A stretch of DNA of 23,196 nt. Source: an uncultured Gemmatimonadota bacterium. GTDB lineage: Bacteria > SM23-81. The stretch is from positions 1-23,196 of the forward strand of contig CAZOYL010000012.1 in assembly GCA_964584035.1 (NCBI GenBank), read 5' to 3'. A program made the translations under genes and the position numbers. The notes below the pieces were generated by a model, which made no database searches, was not told the DNA's origin, and saw only the letters and a program-made list of their open reading frames with translations. This document shows positions 1 to 6,801 of the stretch, one piece after another. Each line of letters begins with the position of its first letter. The stretch's first letter is position 1.

Positions 1-1
1 G

Positions 2-2521
2 GCCTTCACCGGCAACACCCGCTCGGGCATCTATTATGTCGGCAACATGTCCGGGCTGTCCCTGGGCCTCGATCAGGCGTGGTGGAACAGCCTGTTCACC
101 TATAACAAGTACCGCGTCGGGCAGACCCTGGCCGATTCCCGCAACCGCAACTACCCCGACAGCGAGACCCTGCAGTATCTCCACTGGGGCCTGGTCCTGT
201 TAGGCGACCCGGAGATGCCCATCTGGACCGACGATCCGGCCGTCCCGGCGGTGACCCATCCGACCCTGTATACCACCGGATCCCCGGAATTCCCGGTGCA
301 TGTCGAGGCCGGCGGTCAGGATGTGGACGGCGCCCTGGTGTGCCTGTGGAAAGGTGATGAAATCTACATGAGAGATCTGACCGATGTCGACGGCGATGTC
401 ACCTTTCACCCTTTCCCGGCGACCGTGGGGACCCTGTGGGTCACCGTGACGCATCAGAACATGCTGCCCTATGAGGGCTCGGCCGAGATCATCCTGTTCT
501 CCCCGCCGGATCCGGTCTGGACCGGCCAGGCCGATCAGGCCTATGCCATGTATGGCTGGTCCCTGGACGGCATCGGCGACGTCAACGGCGACGGATATGG
601 CGATGTGGCCGTGGGGGATCCGCTCTATTCGGACGGGCAGGATTACGAGGGCGTGGTCTTCGTCTATCACGGCGATGCCGCCGGATTGCCGGCCGGCCCC
701 TCCTGGACCGGTCAGCTCGATTCCGCCTACGCCTATCTGGGCGGCTCGATCGCCTGGGCCGGGGACGTCGATGGCGATGGCTACAGCGATCTGGTTGTGG
801 GCGCCGAGGGTTACAGCAATGGCCAGACCGAGGAGGGCGCCGCCCTGCTCTACCTGGGCGGCAGCTCGGGATTGGCCGCGACGCCCGCCTGGACGGTCGA
901 GAGCGATCATGCCGGGGCGCACCTCGGCTTCAGCGTCTCATCGGCCGGGGACGTCGATGGCGACGGCTACAGCGACCTGATCGTCGGATCTCCCTACTAT
1001 GATGTCTCCGGTCGGGACGAGGGCCGGGCCGGCGTCTATCTTGGCGGACCAGCGGGGCCGTCGATCACGGCCGATTGGTCCTCACTGGGCGATCGCAACG
1101 ATGCCTACTTCGGCTCCAGCGTGGCCTCGGCCGGCGACGTCAACGGCGACGGCTACAGCGACGTGATCGTCGGAGCCAGTTCTTACACCGACCTGGAGCC
1201 GCTGGAGGGAGCCGCCTTCCTCTTTCACGGCGGCCCCTCCGGCCTTCCGGGAACGCCCGACTGGTCAGCCGTCGGCGGCGAGGACTACGCCAATTTCGGC
1301 TCCAGCGTGGCCTCGGCCGGCGACGTCAACGGCGACGGCTACAGCGACGTGATCATCGGGGCGCCGGGTTATACCGACGCTTTCGATGGTGAGGGCCGCG
1401 TCTTTCTCTATCTGGGAACGGCGTCAGGCCTGCCCTCTTCACCCGACGTGGTCCTGGACGGCGAGCAGGACGGCGCCGAGTTCGGCTACAGCGTCTCCGG
1501 CGCCGGGGACGTCAACGGGGATGGATTCGCCGATGTGGTCATCGGGGCCGAATCATACACCGACGGGCAGGAATATGAAGGCTGCGTGATGCTCTATTTA
1601 GGCAGCGCCAACGCGCCCTACCTGGTGCCCGCCTGGCGGGCTCAGCGGGATCAGGCCGGCGCCTATTTCGGCAACTCCGTCGCCGGCGCCGGGGACGTGG
1701 ACGGCGACGGCTACGACGACATCCTGGCCGGAGCCTGGATGTATGACGGCGGCCAGACGGACGAGGGCCAGGCCTATCTGTTTGCCGGAGACCAGGGCGC
1801 CGGGCTGCCCTTCCGGCCGCGGCAGGTTCGGGCCGACGGATCCGCTCTGGTCGGTCCGCTGGGATCCTCCGGCTCCGAAACCCAGGTCCGCCTGCGGGCC
1901 ACCGGGTGGTATCCCGACGGCAGCGAGTATGTCAAGCTGCAGTGGGAGCTCAAGGCCCTAGGCAGCAATTTCGACGGCCTGGGCCTGGAGGAGAGCGCAG
2001 GCTGGTCGCTGGCCGATTCCGCCGCCGGCGTGGAGCTGGACGAAACGGTCGGCGGCCTGGCCGGGAACACCGCCTATCACTGGCGGAGCAGGATCCTTTA
2101 CCAGGAGGGCAATCCGCTCGGTCTGGACCACAGCGGGTGGCTCTCGCCGGCTCACAACGGCTGGAACGAGGCCGATTTTCGGACCTCCGGCAACGGCGGG
2201 GGTCCGCCCGTCGCGGTCGACGATCTGCAGATCACCCTGATCAACGGGGCCAAATCCTCCGCCGGGGATGTCCGGCTGACCTGGAGCGAGCCTTTTTCCG
2301 AGGCCGGGCTGTCCTATTACGTCATCTACCGCAGCTCGGTTCCGGCCGACACGGGGGATTCCCTAACGGCTACCTCCCTGACCGAGTTTACCGACAGCGG
2401 CGTGGTCGGCGATCCGGCCGAGCATCATTACTACTCCATCATGGCGGTCGATGTGCAGGGGAAGCAGTCGGCGATCAGCAACCAGGTGGGGGAGTTCGAC
2501 ATCGAGCTGATAGTGGAGTGA
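2..2521 (+). CDS. 5'-truncated secreted modular protein: end of a gingipain-like peptidase C25 domain, Ig-like domain, seven FG-GAP (integrin-alpha beta-propeller) repeats, an unassigned domain and a C-terminal FN3-like domain
   Basis: The frame is open from base 2 (AFTGNTRSGIYYVGNM...), so the ATG at 47 is internal. AFxGNxR...LLGDPEMPIWT resembles the end of C25 catalytic domains. Seven (F/L/Y)GxS...GDV(N/D)GDG(Y/F)xD...G repeats lie at about 551-1783. Stop TGA at 2519-2521. Confidence 0.8.
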   Translation, partial: AFTGNTRSGIYYVGNMSGLSLGLDQAWWNSLFTYNKYRVGQTLADSRNRNYPDSETLQYLHWGLVLLGDPEMPIWTDDPAVPAVTHPTLYTTGSPEFPVHVEAGGQDVDGALVCLWKGDEIYMRDLTDVDGDVTFHPFPATVGTLWVTVTHQNMLPYEGSAEIILFSPPDPVWTGQADQAYAMYGWSLDGIGDVNGDGYGDVAVGDPLYSDGQDYEGVVFVYHGDAAGLPAGPSWTGQLDSAYAYLGGSIAWAGDVDGDGYSDLVVGAEGYSNGQTEEGAALLYLGGSSGLAATPAWTVESDHAGAHLGFSVSSAGDVDGDGYSDLIVGSPYYDVSGRDEGRAGVYLGGPAGPSITADWSSLGDRNDAYFGSSVASAGDVNGDGYSDVIVGASSYTDLEPLEGAAFLFHGGPSGLPGTPDWSAVGGEDYANFGSSVASAGDVNGDGYSDVIIGAPGYTDAFDGEGRVFLYLGTASGLPSSPDVVLDGEQDGAEFGYSVSGAGDVNGDGFADVVIGAESYTDGQEYEGCVMLYLGSANAPYLVPAWRAQRDQAGAYFGNSVAGAGDVDGDGYDDILAGAWMYDGGQTDEGQAYLFAGDQGAGLPFRPRQVRADGSALVGPLGSSGSETQVRLRATGWYPDGSEYVKLQWELKALGSNFDGLGLEESAGWSLADSAAGVELDETVGGLAGNTAYHWRSRILYQEGNPLGLDHSGWLSPAHNGWNEADFRTSGNGGGPPVAVDDLQITLINGAKSSAGDVRLTWSEPFSEAGLSYYVIYRSSVPADTGDSLTATSLTEFTDSGVVGDPAEHHYYSIMAVDVQGKQSAISNQVGEFDIELIVE
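1109..1354 (+). repeat. Exact 60-bp direct repeat (1109-1168 and 1295-1354) encoding FGSSVASAGDVNGDGYSDVI in FG-GAP blades 4 and 5
   Basis: ttcggctccagcgtggcctcggccggcgacgtcaacggcgacggctacagcgacgtgatc occurs twice, 186 bp (62 codons) apart. Confidence 0.95.
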
Positions 2522-2616
2522 GGATAAGGGATGATACGGGCCGTGTTCGGGAAGGACGAGCAGGCAGCAAGCAGTAGGCCGTGAGCGGTGGGGCGTGGTT
2601 GGGTCAATTTGAAGTT

Positions 2617-2650
2617 AGAAAAAAGGGGGTCGAAATCGACCACCTTTTCT
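2617..2650. terminator. Probable bidirectional intrinsic terminator between convergent genes
   Basis: agaaaaaagg-g-ggtcga-aa-tcgacc-a-ccttttct: imperfect inverted repeat with A/T tails between the stops at 2521 (+) and 2670 (-). Confidence 0.7.
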
Positions 2651-2669
2651 ACATCCTATGTTGGTATCG

Positions 2670-3527
2670 TTATTCCACGTACGGCTCCAGCAGTTTTTTC
2701 CGGCAGGCATGGCGCAGCTTTTCCAGGGCCTGCTTCTTGATCTGCCGGACGCGCTCGCGGGACAGGCCGAAGTGCTTGCCGATCTGCTTCAGGGTTTGCG
2801 GCTTCTTGCCGCCCAGGCCGTAGTACATGCGGATGACCTCGGCCTGACGGGCTGACAGCGTGGTGATGGCCCGCTCCATCTGCCGGGCCAGATCGCCGCT
2901 CATGACGTTTTCGTCGGGCGAGGGATCCTTCTCGTTGGGCAGCGTGTTGAGCAGGCTGAGACCATTGCCGTCGTTGGGTGAGCCGTTCAGAGACAGATGG
3001 CGTCCGAAGGCGTTGAATAGCTGCGAGGCCTCGGCCTCTCCCAGTTTGAGCTGCTCGGCGATCTCCGAGGTCTGGGGCGAGCGGTGGGTGTCGCGGATGT
3101 ATTCCTCGATGGCCTGGCTCATCTTCTGCAGCTCGGCGATCTTGTTCAGCGGCAGCCTGACGATGCGCGACTGCTTGGCCAGAGCGGCCAGGATGGACTG
3201 CCGGATCCACCAGACGGCGTAGGAGATGAACCGGAATCCCTTGGTCTGGTCGAACCGCTTGGCCGCCTCGATCAATCCGATGTTGCCCTCGGAGATGAGA
3301 TCGGCCAGAGGAACGCCCTGGTTCTGGTAGTGCCTGGCCACGCTGATGACGAAACGCAGATTGGCGCAGACCAATGTGTTGAGCGCATCCTGATCGCCTT
3401 TTTTGATGCGGCGAGCCAGGTCCGCCTCTTCGTTATTGGTCAACAGGCGCGGCTTGCCCACTTCCTGAAGATATCGTTGTAGACTCTGGTTGGCCCCCTG
3501 AAGCGGTATCTTGGATGACAAAATCAT
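2670..3527 (-). CDS. RNA polymerase sigma-70 family factor, short RpoD/SigA-like form lacking region 1.1 (~285 aa)
   Basis: Region 1.2 LQRYLQEV; region 2 ANLRFVISVARHY...DLISEGNIGLIEAAKRFD...FISYAVWWIRQSI; region 4.2 TLKQIGKHFGLSRERVRQI. ATG at 3527 is preceded by GGGAGGGAG. Confidence 0.93.
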   Translation of the reverse strand: MILSSKIPLQGANQSLQRYLQEVGKPRLLTNNEEADLARRIKKGDQDALNTLVCANLRFVISVARHYQNQGVPLADLISEGNIGLIEAAKRFDQTKGFRFISYAVWWIRQSILAALAKQSRIVRLPLNKIAELQKMSQAIEEYIRDTHRSPQTSEIAEQLKLGEAEASQLFNAFGRHLSLNGSPNDGNGLSLLNTLPNEKDPSPDENVMSGDLARQMERAITTLSARQAEVIRMYYGLGGKKPQTLKQIGKHFGLSRERVRQIKKQALEKLRHACRKKLLEPYVE

Positions 3528-3569
3528 TCGGCTCCCTCCCAAAGATGATTCAGTGTGCTTCCCATATCT

Positions 3570-3598
3570 TTAGACGCCTGGTGGGGATAAAAAGTTCC
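3570..3598 (-). promoter_or_regulatory. ECF/sigmaE-type promoter for the sigma-70 gene
   Basis: Minus strand GGAACTT (3598-3592), 16-nt spacer, GTCTAA (3575-3570), ~40 nt upstream of the start codon; matches the RpoE/AlgU-type consensus GAACTT-N16/17-TCnaA. Confidence 0.65.
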
Positions 3599-3660
3599 AT
3601 CAATAATGTCCCGGACGTCCAAGGATGGTTTTCTGAAGAGCGAAAAATGCAGACTGATTT

Positions 3661-3698
3661 AAAAAATGCCGAGTCCGCGAAACGTCCCTGGACCCGGC
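3661..3698 (-). terminator. Intrinsic terminator upstream of the sigma gene
   Basis: Minus strand GCCGGGTCC-13 nt loop-GGACTCGGC (9 bp including one G-U), followed by ATTTTTT. Confidence 0.7.
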
Positions 3699-3847
3699 TG
3701 GTCGAAATACATACACATGACGGACCGCAAAGGGATGCTTGGCCGATGGAAGATCTTACTTCGCGATGTTGGAAACAGATCCCTTAGCAGTTATGAATAT
3801 ACGATATCCCTTTGTGGACTGTGATAACGATCTGTCTGTTCCCTCAA
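3661..3847 (-). ncRNA. Putative ~185-nt sRNA or attenuated leader RNA of unknown family
   Basis: Bounded by a perfect sigma-70 promoter (3882-3854) and an intrinsic terminator (3698-3661). It has several internal complementary segments and no convincing ORF with an RBS. The TSS is estimated. Confidence 0.5.
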
Positions 3848-3853
3848 TTACCA

Positions 3854-3882
3854 ATTATATCACAACAGAGGTATCTTGTCAA
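3854..3882 (-). promoter_or_regulatory. Perfect-consensus sigma-70 promoter with extended -10
   Basis: Minus strand TTGACA (3882-3877), 17-nt spacer ending TGA, TATAAT (3859-3854); AT-rich upstream sequence. Confidence 0.85.
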
Positions 3883-4004
3883 CAATTATTTTCCTGAAAG
3901 CGATATTTTTTCACACACGGCCCAGACGAAGCCCCCTTGAAACCTCGACTGATTTCTCTTCCTCTGAGGCAACTTCCTGTATTACAGTGTGTTTTCCATG
4001 AGGG

Positions 4005-4024
4005 AAAATAAGGGGAGTGCCCCT
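4005..4024 (-). terminator. Possible weak terminator after serA
   Basis: Minus strand AGGGG-CACT-CCCCT-TATTTT, 3 nt after the serA stop. Confidence 0.4.
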
Positions 4025-4027
4025 GGA

Positions 4028-5611
4028 TCACAGCAGGATCATCCGGGCATCGATCACCCCGGGGGTCTTTTCGATGGTCTTGACGATATCCCCCGGCGGT
4101 GTGTCGTCCAGATTCAGGACCAGCATGGCCCGATGACCTTTCGCGCTGTTGCCCACCTCGATGCGATGGATGTTGACCCGGGCCTGCCCCAGGATGGTTC
4201 CGATCTGACCGATGACGCCGGGCTGGCGGGTATGAGCGGCGTCATGCCAGGTGATCAGAATGGGGCCTCGGGGGACGATGTCCAGCTTGAAATCGTCGAT
4301 GCCGATGATCCGGCTGTCGTTCCGGCCGAATACCGTGCCCGCGATGCGGTGTCCTGACGCTTTCAGCGACAGGGAATTGACGTAATCCTCGATTTCCTCG
4401 ACCTTGCTCTCCTTGATGCGGATGCCGCGCTGTGAGGCTATGGCTCCGGCATTGACCATGTTCACGTGGCCTTCCAGAATGGGGCTGAGCAGTCCCTGGA
4501 GGATGGCGGCCCGCACCAGGTCGGTGTTGTACCGGGAGATCTCTCCGCCGTATTCCATCTCCAGCTCGTCGATCTGAGGCCTGAACAGCTGGGTGAAGAG
4601 ATGCCCCATGCTCCCGGCCAGGGCCAGGAAGGGCTTGATGAAGGTCTGCAGCCGGGGATCGGTGGAGGGAAAGTTGAGCGGGTATTGGACCAGGTCGCCG
4701 CGGAGCGCCCGGATGACCTCTTCGGCGATGTCCCGCCCGACGCGTTCCAGGGCTTCCCGTGTGGATCCGCCCAGATGGGGTGTGCAGATGACGGTGTCCA
4801 TCCGGCATAACTTGTTGTCCTGTGAGGGTTCATTGTCGAAAACGTCCAGCCCGGCGCCGGCCGCACGGCCGTTTTTCAGGGCCTGGTAGAGAGCTTTCTC
4901 GTCGACGATGCCGCCCCGGGCGCAGTTGATGATCCGGACCCCCGGCGGCATCAGCCCGAACTCCCGCTTTCCCACCATGCCATAGGTCTCATCGGTCTTG
5001 GGCGTGTGCACCGTGATGATATCGGCCCGGCGGCAGAGATCGTCGAGACTGTCCATTCGTTCGGTCCCGAATCGCCCGAACCGCTCCGGGGAGATGTACG
5101 GATCATAGGCGATGACCGACATGCCCAGCCCCTGGGCGATGCCGGCTACCACGGAGCCGATCCTTCCCAGCCCGATGATACCCAGGCATTTTCCGTGAGC
5201 CTCCTGTCCCCGAAGGCCCTTCCGAGCCCACTTTCCGTCTCGTAACATGTTGTTAGCCAGTGGAATATTCCGAAGCAAGGACATCATCAGGGCGATTGTG
5301 TGTTCGGCAGCCGAGAGGGTATTGCTCTCCGGGGCATTGACCACCAGAATGCCCAGCCGGGTGGCCGCCTCCAGATCGATATTGTCGACCCCCGTGCCGG
5401 CCCGGCCGGCCACCTTTAATCGGGCGGCCTTTTCCAGAACCTGACGGTCCAGCCGGGTCCCGGAACGCACGATGATGCCGTCGTAATCGGCCACACAGGC
5501 CAGCAGCTCCCCGGTGGAGAGATGCTCCCGGACATCGACCGACAGCTCTTCGCTCAGCCGGGCCAGACCCGACGGCGAGATGGCTTCCGTGACCAGAACT
5601 TTCATCAACAT
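4028..5611 (-). CDS. serA: D-3-phosphoglycerate dehydrogenase (long form with ASB and ACT domains)
   Basis: GRAGTGVDNID, NAD-binding GLGRIG, NCARGG, DVFxxEP and TPHLGGST catalytic motifs; C-terminal ACT-like PGVIGQIGTILG..VNI. The start may be 5605. Confidence 0.95.
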   Translation of the reverse strand: MLMKVLVTEAISPSGLARLSEELSVDVREHLSTGELLACVADYDGIIVRSGTRLDRQVLEKAARLKVAGRAGTGVDNIDLEAATRLGILVVNAPESNTLSAAEHTIALMMSLLRNIPLANNMLRDGKWARKGLRGQEAHGKCLGIIGLGRIGSVVAGIAQGLGMSVIAYDPYISPERFGRFGTERMDSLDDLCRRADIITVHTPKTDETYGMVGKREFGLMPPGVRIINCARGGIVDEKALYQALKNGRAAGAGLDVFDNEPSQDNKLCRMDTVICTPHLGGSTREALERVGRDIAEEVIRALRGDLVQYPLNFPSTDPRLQTFIKPFLALAGSMGHLFTQLFRPQIDELEMEYGGEISRYNTDLVRAAILQGLLSPILEGHVNMVNAGAIASQRGIRIKESKVEEIEDYVNSLSLKASGHRIAGTVFGRNDSRIIGIDDFKLDIVPRGPILITWHDAAHTRQPGVIGQIGTILGQARVNIHRIEVGNSAKGHRAMLVLNLDDTPPGDIVKTIEKTPGVIDARMILL

Positions 5612-5621
5612 GCTCCCGCTG

Positions 5622-6752
5622 TTAATCGAACATTACCTTCCGGGCCGCCAGCAGGCCGGCCCCGGGTTCGATCTCGTCTCCCATGACCCCGAGCCCTCTC
5701 TCCAGCGCCGAGATGGCCACGATCAGATCGAGCTCGTCGGCGTAGCCCATGTGAGCCAGCCGGAGGATCTTGCCCCGCAGATGGGCCTGTCCGCCGGCCA
5801 TCATGACGCCCGTTTCTTCGAAGATGCGGCGCTGCAGGTCGATGCCGTCCATTTCCGGGGGGACTTTGACAGCCGTCAGACCATTGGCCGGCCGCTCGGC
5901 GAACAGATTCAATCCCATGGCCTCCATGGCGGTCCGGCAGATTCTGGCCAGCCGGGCATGCCGGGCCAGAACCTGTTCCAATCCCTCCCGGCGAATCAGC
6001 TCCAGGGCCGCCCGGAGGCCGTACAGGACGGTGATGCCCGGAGTGTAAGGGGTCTGATCCTTCTCGCAGAATTGCCCCATGGTGGTGAAATCCCAGTAGA
6101 ACTTCGGCAGGGAGGAGGCCCTGACACGCTCTCTGGCGGCCTCGCTGAGGCTGACGAAGGAGATCCCCGGGGGGCACATGAGACCTTTCTGGGTGGCCGA
6201 GGTGACCACGTCCACAGACCAGCCGTCGGTCTGCAGCTGCTCGACACACAGGCCGCTGACGGCGTCGACCACCAGCAGGGCCGGGTGAGGCGCCACCGCC
6301 TCGGCCAGCGCCTTGAGGTCGTGGGTCACACCGGTGGAGGTCTCGCACAGGGTGGCGTAGACTGCCGTGATGGCTGCGTTCTTCTTGAGTTGGTCGGCCA
6401 CCTGCTGCGGATCGACCGTCCGGCCCCATTCGACGTCCATCGGGATGATCTTGAGGCCGAAGGCCTGGCAGATCCTGGCCCAGCGATCCCCGAAATTTCC
6501 ACCCCGGATGACCAGCACCGTATCTCCGGCGCTGTGCAGATTGGCCACGGAGGCCTCCATGGCCCCGGTTCCGGAGCTGGTCATGATCAGGATCTCGTTC
6601 TCGGTCTGCATCGCGTAGCGCAGGCCGCGGCGGACCTCCGCGTACAGCTCGGCGCAGTCGGGCCAGCGGTGATGGATCATGGGCTGGGCCAGGGCGTTGA
6701 GGACCTCCGGGGGCAGAGGCGTAGGCCCCGGAGTGTACAGCCGTTTTTTCAA
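5622..6752 (-). CDS. Class V PLP-dependent aminotransferase (alanine-glyoxylate/serine-pyruvate family)
   Basis: TPGPT N-terminus, SSGTGAMEA, VDAVS and the PLP-lysine motif ATQKGLMCPPG; TTG start with AAAGGAG RBS. Confidence 0.92.
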   Translation of the reverse strand: MKKRLYTPGPTPLPPEVLNALAQPMIHHRWPDCAELYAEVRRGLRYAMQTENEILIMTSSGTGAMEASVANLHSAGDTVLVIRGGNFGDRWARICQAFGLKIIPMDVEWGRTVDPQQVADQLKKNAAITAVYATLCETSTGVTHDLKALAEAVAPHPALLVVDAVSGLCVEQLQTDGWSVDVVTSATQKGLMCPPGISFVSLSEAARERVRASSLPKFYWDFTTMGQFCEKDQTPYTPGITVLYGLRAALELIRREGLEQVLARHARLARICRTAMEAMGLNLFAERPANGLTAVKVPPEMDGIDLQRRIFEETGVMMAGGQAHLRGKILRLAHMGYADELDLIVAISALERGLGVMGDEIEPGAGLLAARKVMFD

Positions 6753-6801
6753 TTTCGATCTCCTTTGAAGGGTTTATGCAAAACACATGCCCATCGGGCG
6801 T

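Noticed and set aside
3659..3718. 19-aa minus-strand ORF MCMYFDQPGPGTFRGLGIF overlapping the terminator, as a leader peptide
   Set aside because: No SD and no regulatory codon run, so it cannot be supported.
3515..3787. 90-aa plus-strand ORF in the intergenic region
   Set aside because: No RBS or motif, and it runs antisense across clear minus-strand regulatory signals.
3661..3847. Assignment of the putative RNA as 6S RNA or a known riboswitch
   Set aside because: The size fits 6S, but I see no long 5'-3' closing stem with a central bubble, and no recognisable TPP, cobalamin, c-di-GMP, c-di-AMP or T-box core. An Rfam scan is needed to exclude these formally.
3932..3965. CCCCCTTGAAA resembling a sigma-32 -35 box
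   Set aside because: No CCCCAT -10 element follows, and it points antisense into the end of serA.
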